In this document: positions 28,866 to 41,050 of the stretch, piece by piece | Layout: each line of letters starts with the position of its first letter | Numbering within the stretch: position 1 is the stretch's first letter | DNA from: an uncultured Acidimicrobiales bacterium | GTDB taxonomy: Bacteria > Actinomycetota > Acidimicrobiia > Acidimicrobiales > CADCSY01 | Reading direction: 5' to 3' | DNA length: 64,000 bases | NCBI GenBank assembly: GCA_902805555.1 | Contig: CADCSY010000110.1 | Span: forward strand, 16,807-80,806 | Position numbers and translations under genes: made by a program | The notes under the pieces: model-generated | Told to the model about the DNA's origin: nothing | The model's input: the letters and a program-made list of their open reading frames with translations, nothing else | Databases searched by the model: none

Positions 28866-30019
28866 CTGCCGCCCCCGGGGACGACCACCGCGACCGCCCA
28901 GCACGCGATGCCCTCTCCCCGCCCCAGCGCGCCGAGGCCCTCCGGTCGCCGGCCCTTCACGGTCACGTCGGCACCTGCGGCGGCGGACAGCCGGCGCTGC
29001 ATCTCGTCCCGCTGCGGCGCCAGCCGGGGTCGGTCGCACACGACCGAGCAGTCGACGTTCGCTGGCTCCCAGCCCGCCGCCCGCACCAGGCCGGCCGCCG
29101 TGCGCAGGAGGTCGATGCTGTCGGCGCCGGCCCAGCGCGGGTCGGTGTCGGGGAAGTGGGCACCGATGTCGCCGAGACCGGCTGCGCCGAGGAGGGCGTC
29201 GGTGGCGGCGTGGGCGACGGCGTCGGCGTCGCTGTGGCCGGCGAGCGCCCGCTCGCCGGGGAACGTGACGCCGCCGAGCACGAGCACCCGCTCGGGATCG
29301 TCGGTGAAGGGGTGGACGTCGAACCCGAGGCCCACGCGCGGCGCGGCGACCGGCGCGCTGCCGACGGCGAGGGCGCGCTCCGCGATGGCGAGGTCGCCGA
29401 CGTCGGTGAGCTTGATGTTGTCGGGGTGCCCCGCCACGACGACCACCCTGCCACCGATCGCCTCGACCAGCGCACCGTCGTCGGTCGCCTCCGGCGCCCC
29501 GGCGTGGGCGCGTCGCAGGGCTCCGGCAGCGAACGCCTGGGGCGTCTGCACGGCGACGAGGCCGGACCGGTCCACCGTCCCGGTGACCGACCCTTCCGGC
29601 GTGACCCGCTTGACGGTGTCGGTCAGTGCGACGCCGGGGATGGCGCCGTCGGCTCCCGACGCCACCATGGCCACGACGGCGTCGAAGACGGACGCAGGCG
29701 CCAGGGGACGGGCGCCGTCGTGCACCACGACGACCTCTGCGGCAGGGGGGACGGCCGACAGACCGGCCCGGACGGAGCCGGACCTGGTGGCCGCTCCGGC
29801 CACGACAACGTCGGCCCCCGGGATCTCGACCCGTCCGACCTCACCTTCGGGGACCACGACGATGACGCCGTCACACGACGACGATGCGCGGGCGCCGGCC
29901 ACGGTCCAGTCGATCACCCGGCGTCCGGCGAGGGGCGCCCACTGCTTCGGGCCCCCGAAGCGGGCGCCCGACCCGGCCGCCACGACGATGACCCAGGTCG
30001 CCGACCGGTGATCGGTCAC
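28862..30019 (-). CDS. ispDF: bifunctional IspD/IspF
   Basis: AAGSGARF, VHDGARP, VQTPQAF, then GFDVH, GHSDAD, DIGAHFP. Confidence 0.9.
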   Translation of the reverse strand: MTDHRSATWVIVVAAGSGARFGGPKQWAPLAGRRVIDWTVAGARASSSCDGVIVVVPEGEVGRVEIPGADVVVAGAATRSGSVRAGLSAVPPAAEVVVVHDGARPLAPASVFDAVVAMVASGADGAIPGVALTDTVKRVTPEGSVTGTVDRSGLVAVQTPQAFAAGALRRAHAGAPEATDDGALVEAIGGRVVVVAGHPDNIKLTDVGDLAIAERALAVGSAPVAAPRVGLGFDVHPFTDDPERVLVLGGVTFPGERALAGHSDADAVAHAATDALLGAAGLGDIGAHFPDTDPRWAGADSIDLLRTAAGLVRAAGWEPANVDCSVVCDRPRLAPQRDEMQRRLSAAAGADVTVKGRRPEGLGALGRGEGIACWAVAVVVPGGGR

Positions 30020-30319
30020 CCGGAGGAGGATGTCCGGAGGGGGCGGCGGGCGACGTCTCGGGAGCACGGGGCGCCCCCCAGGTCGGCGCCTCCGCCGAGG
30101 CGATCCCTCTCGTCGTCCACCACCGTCACCCCGTCCTCAGGGGAGGCGCGCCGCCTCCGGACCGAACCTGCGGGGACCCTAACCGGACGGCCCCGACCGA
30201 CCACCGGTGCCCCTGCAGCGGGCGGCAGCCGTGCCCGGCGGGGTCTGCGGCCCGTTGGACGCGAGCCCGGGACGTGACGTTCGGCACACTCGCGTCGCGT
30301 GGCTAGCATCCCCACCGTC

Positions 30320-30982
30320 ATGGTCGACATGAACCTGCTGTCCGACGTGGAGCTGTTCAGGGCGCTGTCCCCGGAGGCCTTCGAGCAGGTGGCAGGGCAG
30401 GCGAGGCCCCGCAGCCTCCGCAGGGGCGACGTGCTCTTCGCCGAGGGGGACATCGCCGAGGAGCTCTTCGTCGTCGAGTCGGGCCGGATCGCCATCGCCA
30501 ACCGGTCCATCGACGGGCGGGAGTCGGTGGTGGCCCTCATGGAGCCGGGTGACGTCTTCGGGGAGATGCCGCTCTTCGACGGCATCGTCGGTCGGTCGGC
30601 CCACGCCCGTGCGCTCGAGTCGTCACAGGTGTACGCCGTCTCCTACGCGCCACTCCGCGACATCTTCGAGCGCAAGCCGGAGCTGCTCTGGGGGGTGGTC
30701 GACCTGCTCGCCCGCCGGCTCCGGACCATGAACGTCGCGCTCGCCGACTCGGCGTTCCTCGACGTGACCGGCCGGACCGCCAAGCGCCTGCTCGAGCTCT
30801 CGGCCGGCGCCGACGAGTTCTCCCTGCCGGTGACGCAGGAGGAGCTGGCCGGCCTGGTCGGGGCATCCCGCGAGCGGGTGAACAAGGCCATCTCGTCGTT
30901 CATCCGCCTCGGCTGGCTCGAGCAGCGAGAGCGCAAGTACACGATCGCCGACCGGGAGCAGCTCTCGCGCCGGTCGCGCTGA
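30320..30982 (+). CDS. Crp/Fnr family transcriptional regulator
   Basis: cNMP domain FGEMPLFD..RSA; HTH TQEELAGLVGASRERVNK. Confidence 0.92.
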   Translation: MVDMNLLSDVELFRALSPEAFEQVAGQARPRSLRRGDVLFAEGDIAEELFVVESGRIAIANRSIDGRESVVALMEPGDVFGEMPLFDGIVGRSAHARALESSQVYAVSYAPLRDIFERKPELLWGVVDLLARRLRTMNVALADSAFLDVTGRTAKRLLELSAGADEFSLPVTQEELAGLVGASRERVNKAISSFIRLGWLEQRERKYTIADREQLSRRSR

Positions 30983-31030
30983 CGGAGGCGCGCCACGAGT
31001 CTCCGGTGACCGGGCGAGCGGTCGCCCGAC

Positions 31031-32104
31031 TCAGGAGTAGCGGTCGAGGATGCTGGCCTCCGCCAGGCGGGCGAGGCCCTCCTTGATGGCACGGGCCCGA
31101 GCCTGGTCCACGCCCTTCACGTCGTCGATGTCGGTCTCGCTGGCCCGCAGCACCTTCTGGAGGCTGCCGAAGCGCTCGACGATGTCGGCGACGACGTTCT
31201 CGGACAGCCGCGGCACCTTCGACAGCAGCCGGAAGCCGCGAGGCGCCAGGCTGGTGTCGAGGTCGACGGGGCCCTCGGGGAGGTGGAGCATGGTGGCCAC
31301 CGCCTTGAGGTCGAGCAGGTCGTCCGTGCCGAGCTCCGCCAGCGAGGTGAGGGCCTCCTCGAGGTGCCATGCGGCCTCCTCGTGGAAGTAGTCCCTGAGC
31401 ACGAGGCGGCGGTCGTCCTCGACACCGCCCATGAGCTCCTCGAGCTGGAGCCGCACGAGGCGCCCGTCCACGCCGAGCTCGATGATGTAGCCGTCGATCT
31501 CCTCGGCGATCCGCCGCACCATCTCCGTCCGCTGGAGGACGGACACGACGTCGCGCACGGTGACGAGGTCCTCGATCTCCAGGGCGGAGAGGGCACCGGA
31601 GACGTTGTCGAGCCGGTTCTTGTAGCGCTCGAGCGTGGACAGGGCCTGGTTGGCCCGGTTGAGCAGCCGCGGGATGGGCTCGAGGGGGTGCTTGTCGCCG
31701 TTCACGTAGACGGCGATCACCTCCTGGTCCTCCGAGACGCAGACGACCGGGACGGGGATGGAGCGGGCGACCCGCTCCGCGGTGCGGTGCCGGGTCCCGG
31801 TCTCCGAGGTGGGGACGTTGGGGTTGGGGACGAGGTGGACGTTCGCCCTCGCCACCCGGCTGGCGTCGGCTGCGAGGATGATGGCGCCGTCCATCTTGGC
31901 CAGCTCGGAGAGGCGCTGCGGGCTGAAGGCGGCGTCGAGCAGGAAGCCCCCCGAGCAGATGTTGAGCACCTCGGGACCGTCCCCCACGACGACGAGGGCG
32001 CCCATGCTGGCCTGGAGGATGCGGTCGAGGCCCTCGCGCAACGGCGTGCCCGGGGCGACTGCGGCGAGCGCGCCGAGCAGCGTCACGCTCCTCCGGGGTG
32101 CCAT
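31031..32104 (-). CDS. disA: DNA integrity scanning diadenylate cyclase
   Basis: KMDGA, GTRHRTAER, C-terminal HhH. Confidence 0.95.
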   Translation of the reverse strand: MAPRRSVTLLGALAAVAPGTPLREGLDRILQASMGALVVVGDGPEVLNICSGGFLLDAAFSPQRLSELAKMDGAIILAADASRVARANVHLVPNPNVPTSETGTRHRTAERVARSIPVPVVCVSEDQEVIAVYVNGDKHPLEPIPRLLNRANQALSTLERYKNRLDNVSGALSALEIEDLVTVRDVVSVLQRTEMVRRIAEEIDGYIIELGVDGRLVRLQLEELMGGVEDDRRLVLRDYFHEEAAWHLEEALTSLAELGTDDLLDLKAVATMLHLPEGPVDLDTSLAPRGFRLLSKVPRLSENVVADIVERFGSLQKVLRASETDIDDVKGVDQARARAIKEGLARLAEASILDRYS

Positions 32105-32179
32105 TCCCCCGAGTGTACGTTCGACGCCGGAGCGGGGCTGCTGCCGGACGCCGGATGCCGGACGGGAGCTCGATGGCGC

Positions 32180-33625
32180 TCAGGCGCCTCGCCCGTCGCT
32201 GCGGAGCGCCACCACCTCCTGTCGGCCGCCCCTCCTGGCCCCGGTCGCGCCTGTGGCCGAGGCGCCGGGACCGGAGCCGCAGCCGACGAGATCGATCGCC
32301 TCGGCAGCCGTCGTCGCCCGCAGCGCGACGATCCCGTCGGGGGCCTCCGGCGCCGAGGTGGGGACCACCGCGGTGCGGAAACCCAGCCTGGCCGCCTCGG
32401 CGAGGCGGCGGGCGGTCTGGCCGACCTGGCGGAGCTCGCCGCCGAGGCCGATCTCGCCGCAGGCGACGAGGTCGGCGGCCACGGGGCGCCCGGTGCTGGC
32501 CGAGACGAGAGCCAGGGCCACCGCCAGGTCGGCACCCGGCTCGTGCAGGCGGACCCCGCCCACGGCGGAGGCGTGCACGTCGCCGCCCCCGATGGCGAGC
32601 CCGACCCGGTGGTCGAGCACCGCCAGGACGAGGGCCAGCCGGCTCGGGTCGAGGCCCTGCACCGCCCGGCGGGGCTGCGGCGTGGTGGCCGGGCCCACGA
32701 GGGCCTGGACCTCGATGAGCAGGGGCCGGTTGCCCTCGATGGTGGGCACGACGACCGAGCCGGCGACCCCGGCCCGGCGGTCGGCCAGGAACAGGCCGCT
32801 GGCGTCGGGGACCCCGGCGAGGCCGCCCTCGGCCATCTCGAAGAGGCCGAGCTCCTGGGTGGAGCCGAACCGGTGCTTGACCGCCCGGAGCAGGCGCAGG
32901 GCGTGGTGGCGGTCGCCCTCGAAGCTGAGGACCGTGTCGACCACGTGCTCGAGCACGCGGGGCCCGGCGAGCCCCCCGTCCTTGGTGACGTGGCCGACGA
33001 GGAGCGTCATGAGCCCGCGCTCCTTGGCCTCCCGCACGAAGCGGTGGGCGCAGTCCCTGACCTGGCCGACGGTGCCTGGCGCGGAGCCGAGGACGGGGTC
33101 GTGCACGCTCTGGATCGAGTCCACCACGACGACCTGGGGGGCCACCTCCGCCACGTGGCCGATGATGTCGGGCAGGCAGGTCTCGGCCACGAGGTGCAGG
33201 CGCGGGTGCATGGCGCCCAGGCGCTCGGCCCTGAGGCGCACCTGCTGGGCCGACTCCTCGGCGGAGACGAGCAGCACCGTGGCGCCGGCGGCGGCCATGG
33301 TGCCGAGGACCTGCAGCAGCAGGGTCGACTTGCCGATGCCGGGCTCGCCACCCACGAGGGTGACCGAACCGGGCACGAGACCACCTCCGAGGACCCGGTC
33401 GAGCTCGCCGATGCCGGTGGGCAGCGCCGCCCACTCGTCGAGGTCGACCTCGGTGACGGGGACCGCCCGCCCGGCCGGGGCCCGAGGGACGTCGGGGACG
33501 AGGCCCACCGCCACCCGCTCCTCCTCGAGGGTGCTCCACGCCGCGCACGACGGGCAGCGCCCGAGCCACTTGGGGCTCTCGTCGCCGCACTCGCTGCACC
33601 TGAAGAGCGTCCGCACCCTGGCCAC
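32180..33625 (-). CDS. radA: DNA repair protein RadA/Sms
   Basis: CxxC-CxxC Zn finger, GEPGIGKST, VDSIQ, KHRFG, GEIGLGGE. Confidence 0.95.
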   Translation of the reverse strand: MARVRTLFRCSECGDESPKWLGRCPSCAAWSTLEEERVAVGLVPDVPRAPAGRAVPVTEVDLDEWAALPTGIGELDRVLGGGLVPGSVTLVGGEPGIGKSTLLLQVLGTMAAAGATVLLVSAEESAQQVRLRAERLGAMHPRLHLVAETCLPDIIGHVAEVAPQVVVVDSIQSVHDPVLGSAPGTVGQVRDCAHRFVREAKERGLMTLLVGHVTKDGGLAGPRVLEHVVDTVLSFEGDRHHALRLLRAVKHRFGSTQELGLFEMAEGGLAGVPDASGLFLADRRAGVAGSVVVPTIEGNRPLLIEVQALVGPATTPQPRRAVQGLDPSRLALVLAVLDHRVGLAIGGGDVHASAVGGVRLHEPGADLAVALALVSASTGRPVAADLVACGEIGLGGELRQVGQTARRLAEAARLGFRTAVVPTSAPEAPDGIVALRATTAAEAIDLVGCGSGPGASATGATGARRGGRQEVVALRSDGRGA

Positions 33626-33726
33626 GGGCCGACCCTACGGAGCAGGTGTGACACCACCGGGGACGCCGGCTCGGCCCGGAGACGCCCGCCGCCGCCGGCG
33701 AGGGGGTGGGGCCCTAGCGTCGGCCC

Positions 33727-34647
33727 ATGGCTGACCGGGCGGACACGGCGGGCGGGACCCGCGAGCAGGGCTACCTCGTGGTGGCGAACGCGCATGCCGG
33801 GACCGCCGAGCAGCCGCGGGTGGATGCCGCCGTCGCCACCCTCGCCGCGGCCGGGCCGACGAGGCTGTGGCGCACGGGCGGCGTCGAGGAGCTGGACCGG
33901 GCGCTCGAGGGCGCGGTCGAAGCCGGGCACGTGGTCGTCGCCGTGGGCGGCGACGGCAGCCTCCACGCGGTGGTGAGCCGGTTGCGGGCGAGGGAGGAGC
34001 TCGGTGACGCCCTCGTCGGCCTCGTCCCCTGCGGCACCGGCAACGACTTCGCCAGAGGCGTCGACGTCCCGCTCGAGCCGATCGAGGCGGCGGAGCGCAT
34101 CATCGCCGGCACCTCGCGCCGCCTCGACCTGCTGGTCGACGACGCGGGCGGGGTGGTCGTGAACTCGGTGCACGCAGGGCTGGGGGCCGTGGCCGCTGAG
34201 CGGGCCGAGGGGCTCAAGGAGCGGCTGGGCGCGGCCGCCTACCCCCTCGGTGCGGTGCTCGAGGCCGTCCGGGCCGACGGCTGGGAGCTGCAGGTGACCG
34301 TGGACGGCAGCCCCCTCTCGCTCCCGAACCCGCGCACGCTCATGGTCGGCGTCGGCAACGGGCCCTCGATCGGCGGTGGGACGATCCTCTGCCCAGGCGC
34401 CGACCCCGGTGACGGGCTGCTCGACGTCCTCGTCTGCTGCGCCACCGGGCCGGCAGCGCGCGTCGCCTTCGGCGCCGCCCTCCGCAACGGGACCCACCTC
34501 GAGCGCGACGACGTCGTCACCGCCAGGGGCACCGAGGTGCGCATCGCCGGCGATCCGGTCGCCTACGACGCCGACGGCGAGGTCTCGGACGAGGTGGCCG
34601 ACCGCCGCTACCGCATCGAGGTCGGGGCCTGGACGCTCGTGTGCTGA
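33727..34647 (+). CDS. diacylglycerol/lipid kinase family protein
   Basis: GGDGS, GTGNDFAR, DADGE. Confidence 0.88.
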   Translation: MADRADTAGGTREQGYLVVANAHAGTAEQPRVDAAVATLAAAGPTRLWRTGGVEELDRALEGAVEAGHVVVAVGGDGSLHAVVSRLRAREELGDALVGLVPCGTGNDFARGVDVPLEPIEAAERIIAGTSRRLDLLVDDAGGVVVNSVHAGLGAVAAERAEGLKERLGAAAYPLGAVLEAVRADGWELQVTVDGSPLSLPNPRTLMVGVGNGPSIGGGTILCPGADPGDGLLDVLVCCATGPAARVAFGAALRNGTHLERDDVVTARGTEVRIAGDPVAYDADGEVSDEVADRRYRIEVGAWTLVC

Positions 34648-34683
34648 CCGGCTGACGCCGGCCGGGGGCCGGGGGGAGGGTGC

Positions 34684-35901
34684 CTAGAACCGGCCCCGGA
34701 GCGGTCGCACGACGTGCTCGAGGATGCGCTGGGGCGTGCTGCGGTGCGCCCAGCGCGACTCGATGATCTGCTCGCTGGCCGCCACGTCCTCGTCGTAGTG
34801 GCGGTCGAGCTCGGCCACCACCCCGGCGTCGAGCACCATGACCTCGATCTCGTGGTTGAGCTTCATCGACCGACGGTCGAAGTTGGCCGAGCCGACGCAG
34901 GCGACCATGTCGTCGACGAGGACGATCTTGGCGTGGATCATCGTCGGCTGGTAGCTCCAGATGCGCACGCCTGCGTCCAGGAGCCTGGCGAACTGGGCCT
35001 CCGCCGCCAGCTGCACGAAGCGCTGGTCGGCGTTCTTGCCCGGGAGCATGACCTCGACGTCGACGCCCCGGCTGGCGGCGTCGCCGAGGAGGCCGAGGAA
35101 GTGGTCGTCGGGAGCGAAGTAGGCGCTCGTGATGCGGACGCGGCGCTGCGCCAGGGTGAGGAGGGCGGCGAGGACGTTGGCGATGTCGGACCAGCCCTTC
35201 TCGGCCGAGCCCCTGACGACCTGCACCACGTGGCCACCGACCTTCTCCTGGTCGGGGAACTCGTCGTCGAGCTCGCACGCCCGCCGCCCGGCGTCGACCC
35301 AGTCCGTGGCGAAGGCGGCGATCAGCCCGTCGACGGCCGGGCCCCTGATCCGCAGGTGGGTGTCGCGCCACTCGTCGGGGTTGCGGGCGTCGCCCATCCA
35401 CTCCTTCGACGTGTTGACCCCGCCGGCGAAGCCGATGCGGTTGTCGACGACGAGGACCTTGCGGTGGGTGCGGTTCTCGGACTCCCAGATGCGCAGGTTG
35501 CTCGGAGGGCGGAAGATCTCGAAGTCGACGCCTCCCTCCCGCAGCTCGGCCACCTTGGCCCTCGGGAGCCAGCGGCTGCCGATGGCGTCGACGATCATGC
35601 GGACCCGCACACCTGCCTGCGCCCGCTCGATGAGGGCAGCCGAGACGTCGTCCACCACCTGCCCCTCGGCGAACTGGAACGTCGTCAGGTCGATGTTGCG
35701 CTCGGCGGCGCCGATGGCCTCGAGCATGGCGGGGAAGACCTCGTCCCCGTTGCGGAGGACGTCGACCTGGTTGCCCTCCGTGGCGGGGATGCCGATGAGG
35801 CTCTCGAGCCCTCGTCGGAGCCGGTGCACCTCCTCGTCCTCGCTCCCGTGCCCGGCATCCTGCGGTGCGGCAGCGTGTTCGACGTCCGCCCCCGCGCCCA
35901 T
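34684..35901 (-). CDS. cardiolipin synthase / phospholipase D family
   Basis: two HKD motifs: HRKVLVVD and HAKIVLVD; GSANFD. Confidence 0.9.
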   Translation of the reverse strand: MGAGADVEHAAAPQDAGHGSEDEEVHRLRRGLESLIGIPATEGNQVDVLRNGDEVFPAMLEAIGAAERNIDLTTFQFAEGQVVDDVSAALIERAQAGVRVRMIVDAIGSRWLPRAKVAELREGGVDFEIFRPPSNLRIWESENRTHRKVLVVDNRIGFAGGVNTSKEWMGDARNPDEWRDTHLRIRGPAVDGLIAAFATDWVDAGRRACELDDEFPDQEKVGGHVVQVVRGSAEKGWSDIANVLAALLTLAQRRVRITSAYFAPDDHFLGLLGDAASRGVDVEVMLPGKNADQRFVQLAAEAQFARLLDAGVRIWSYQPTMIHAKIVLVDDMVACVGSANFDRRSMKLNHEIEVMVLDAGVVAELDRHYDEDVAASEQIIESRWAHRSTPQRILEHVVRPLRGRF

Positions 35902-35962
35902 GGACACCGAGGGTACCCGTCCTGATCGCCGCGCAGCGAGCGGAGGCCGGTGCGGGGAGTGG

Positions 35963-36769
35963 TCAAGCGTCGGAACCGACCGCAGGGCCCTCGAGTCGTC
36001 GACGCCGGCGTCGGGCGCCGACCACGGCACGGCGCAGGAGGACGACGACGAGCGCAGCCAGCGCAGCCGCCGCCGTCGCCAGCCAGAGCGACGACGTCCC
36101 CTGCCAGCTCGTGCTGCTGGCCGACAGCTCGAGCCGCTCGCCGAGGACGGGGCGCCACACGGACCGGCCGTCGGCGACGTCCCCGTTCCCCGCCACCCGG
36201 CCCGGGAGCGAGGCCACGACCTCGAAGGTGACGACCTCGGCCAGCGGGCGTCCGGCCTGAGCGGCGACCTCGTCGTCGGACAGCCCGACGTTCGTGCCGT
36301 CGAGCCGCTGCCGGAGCGCGTCGTCGCTGAAGCCGGCGAGCCCGTCCCGCAGGTCCACGGTCGCCGCCAGGTCCCACCGGTCCTGCACGAGCGACGGCCG
36401 GCGCCGGACCTCGAGGTCCCGGAACGGTCCGCCTGCCCCGGTCACCTCGTCGAGCACGAGCCCGGCCTCCTCCACCGAGGCGAAGGGCTTCGACGCCCGG
36501 ATCCAGGTGCGGCCGTCCCCCTCGCGGGCGGGGCCCGTCACCTCCCACCCGTCGGCCACGAGGTCGCCGACCTCGAGCTGGTCGGCCAGCTCGGGCACGC
36601 GCGACGCCGCGTCCTCGTCGAGCCCGACCGCCACCTCCACCCGGCCGCTCCCGTCGTCGTCGACGTCGATGGCCACCCGGGTGTGCACCTGGCAGCCGGC
36701 CAGGAGGAGCAGCACCGGCACCACCACGACGAGGGCACGCCACGGCCGCCGCGCCCGGTCCCCCCTCAC
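35963..36769 (-). CDS. LppM/DUF3153-like lipoprotein with C-terminal TM
   Basis: lipobox LLAGC, DGSG, LPG.V..NG, C-terminal hydrophobic helix plus Arg tail. Confidence 0.65.
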   Translation of the reverse strand: MRGDRARRPWRALVVVVPVLLLLAGCQVHTRVAIDVDDDGSGRVEVAVGLDEDAASRVPELADQLEVGDLVADGWEVTGPAREGDGRTWIRASKPFASVEEAGLVLDEVTGAGGPFRDLEVRRRPSLVQDRWDLAATVDLRDGLAGFSDDALRQRLDGTNVGLSDDEVAAQAGRPLAEVVTFEVVASLPGRVAGNGDVADGRSVWRPVLGERLELSASSTSWQGTSSLWLATAAAALAALVVVLLRRAVVGARRRRRRLEGPAVGSDA

Positions 36770-37134
36770 GTGGTGCGGACGATGAGGAGCGAGCAGGCGA
36801 GGGAGTGGCTCACCTTGTTCGGGACCGACCCGAGGGTGAAGAACCGGCGGGGCCCCGTCATGCCGACGTTGCCCACCACGACGAGGTCGTAGCCCCCGGC
36901 CCCGGCGGCCTCGACGATGGCGGCCGCCGGATCACCCCCTGCTGCCAGGGGCTCGACGGGGACGGCCGACCCTGCCAACCGGGCCACCTCCGCGTCGACG
37001 ACGGCCTGGGCGGCTGGCCCCACGCTCAGCACGGTGAGGGCCGCCCCGGTGGTCGTCGCGACCTCGACCGCCCGGTCGACCGCCCTCGTCGCCGTCGGCG
37101 ACCCGTCGGTCGCCACCAGGATGCGGGAGAGCAC
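36766..37134 (-). CDS. universal stress protein
   Basis: ILVATDGS, GDPA, VVGNVGMTG..LGSVPNKV. Confidence 0.9.
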   Translation of the reverse strand: MLSRILVATDGSPTATRAVDRAVEVATTTGAALTVLSVGPAAQAVVDAEVARLAGSAVPVEPLAAGGDPAAAIVEAAGAGGYDLVVVGNVGMTGPRRFFTLGSVPNKVSHSLACSLLIVRTT

Positions 37135-37212
37135 GCGGAGAGCGTACGACGACCGGCAGCGACGGTCGGGCCGGGGGCGCCCCGCCCGCCGCTGACCTTC
37201 GTGGAACAGCAC

Positions 37213-37238
37213 AGGGCCCCCGCCTCGGCGGGGGCCCT
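37213..37238 (-). terminator. hairpin downstream of clpC
   Basis: AGGGCCCCCGC-CTCG-GCGGGGGCCCT 11-bp stem. Confidence 0.75.
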
Positions 37239-37263
37239 CGGTGCTGCTTCGACCGACCTGTCG

Positions 37264-39810
<2,547 letters not shown>

Positions 39811-39991
39811 TTGGCGCCCTCCTCGGCTGGGCGGTGACGTAGGGCGAGTGTACCGACATGCCCTCCCCAACCACCGCTCGGGGCCGGCGGTCGTCGCGGC
39901 CCCCCGCCGCCCGGCCACGGGGCTCCGGGCGGCCCCCCGTCAGAGGGTCGGGGACTTCGGGTATCGAGGAGGCCACCGCTAGGTTGAGGTC

Positions 39992-40975
39992 GTGGCCTCG
40001 CCGTCGGACCTGCTGGTCCTGCCCGGCATGTCGAGCGAGCTCGAGCGGGTCGCCGTCGCCCTGCGGGCTGCGGTCGTCACCGACGACCCCTTCTTCACCG
40101 AGCTCACGAGCCACCTCGTCAACGCCGGCGGCAAGCTCATCCGTCCGGCCCTGGCGGTGGCCGCCGGTGCCATCGCCGACCCGACCTCGCCCGTGCCGCA
40201 GGCCGTCGTCCACGGGGGCGTGGCCGTCGAGCTCGTCCAGACCGGGTCGCTCTACCACGACGACGTGATGGACGAGGCCCTCACCCGGCGGAGCGTGGCC
40301 TCCGTCAACGCCCGCTGGGGCAACCTCCGGGCCATCCTCGCCGGGGACTACCTCCTGGCCAAGGCCTCCGAGATCGCCGCCTCCCTCGGCACCGAGGTGG
40401 CCGGCCTGCTCGCCGCCACGATCGGCCGCATGTGCGAGGGCCAGGTGCGCGAGCTGCAGACCACGTTCGACGTGGGGCGCACCGAGGAGCAGTACGTGGC
40501 CGCCATCGAGGGCAAGACCGCCTCCCTCTTCGCGACCGCAGCCCGCATCGGGGCCCTCGTGGTCGACCTGCCCCGTGCCGACGTGGACTCGCTCACCACC
40601 TTCGGCCACCGGTTCGGGATGGGGTTCCAGGTCGTCGACGACATCCTCGACGTCGTCGCCACCGACGAGGAGCTCGGCAAGCCGGCGGGGAACGACCTGG
40701 CCGAGGGCATCTACACGTTCCCCGCCATCAGGGCCCTGCAGCACCCGGCCGTGGGTGACGAGCTCGGCGACCTGCTCGGCCGTCCGCTCGACCGGTCCTC
40801 GGTGGAGCGGGCCCGGGCGCTCGTGCGGACCGGCGACGCGGTCGAGGAGGCGACCTCGCTGGCCAGGGGCCACTGCATCGACGCGGTCTCCGCCCTCGAC
40901 GACCTCCCCGACAACGCCGCCGTCGACCACCTCAGGACGATGGCGATCGGCCTGCTCGACCACATCCCCCGCTGA
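39992..40975 (+). CDS. long-chain polyprenyl diphosphate synthase
   Basis: GGKLIRP, HDDVMD and DDILD motifs, GKT. Confidence 0.9.
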   Translation: MASPSDLLVLPGMSSELERVAVALRAAVVTDDPFFTELTSHLVNAGGKLIRPALAVAAGAIADPTSPVPQAVVHGGVAVELVQTGSLYHDDVMDEALTRRSVASVNARWGNLRAILAGDYLLAKASEIAASLGTEVAGLLAATIGRMCEGQVRELQTTFDVGRTEEQYVAAIEGKTASLFATAARIGALVVDLPRADVDSLTTFGHRFGMGFQVVDDILDVVATDEELGKPAGNDLAEGIYTFPAIRALQHPAVGDELGDLLGRPLDRSSVERARALVRTGDAVEEATSLARGHCIDAVSALDDLPDNAAVDHLRTMAIGLLDHIPR

Positions 40976-41050
40976 GCCCCGGCGCCTCCCGGAGCGGGGG
41001 GCGCTGCCAGCTCGGGAGGGCCGCAGGGTCGGCGTCTCCCGGTCAGCGGG

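Noticed and set aside
32865-32879. RadA KHRFG instead of KNRFG
   Set aside because: Single conservative variant with all other motifs intact; no evidence of altered function.
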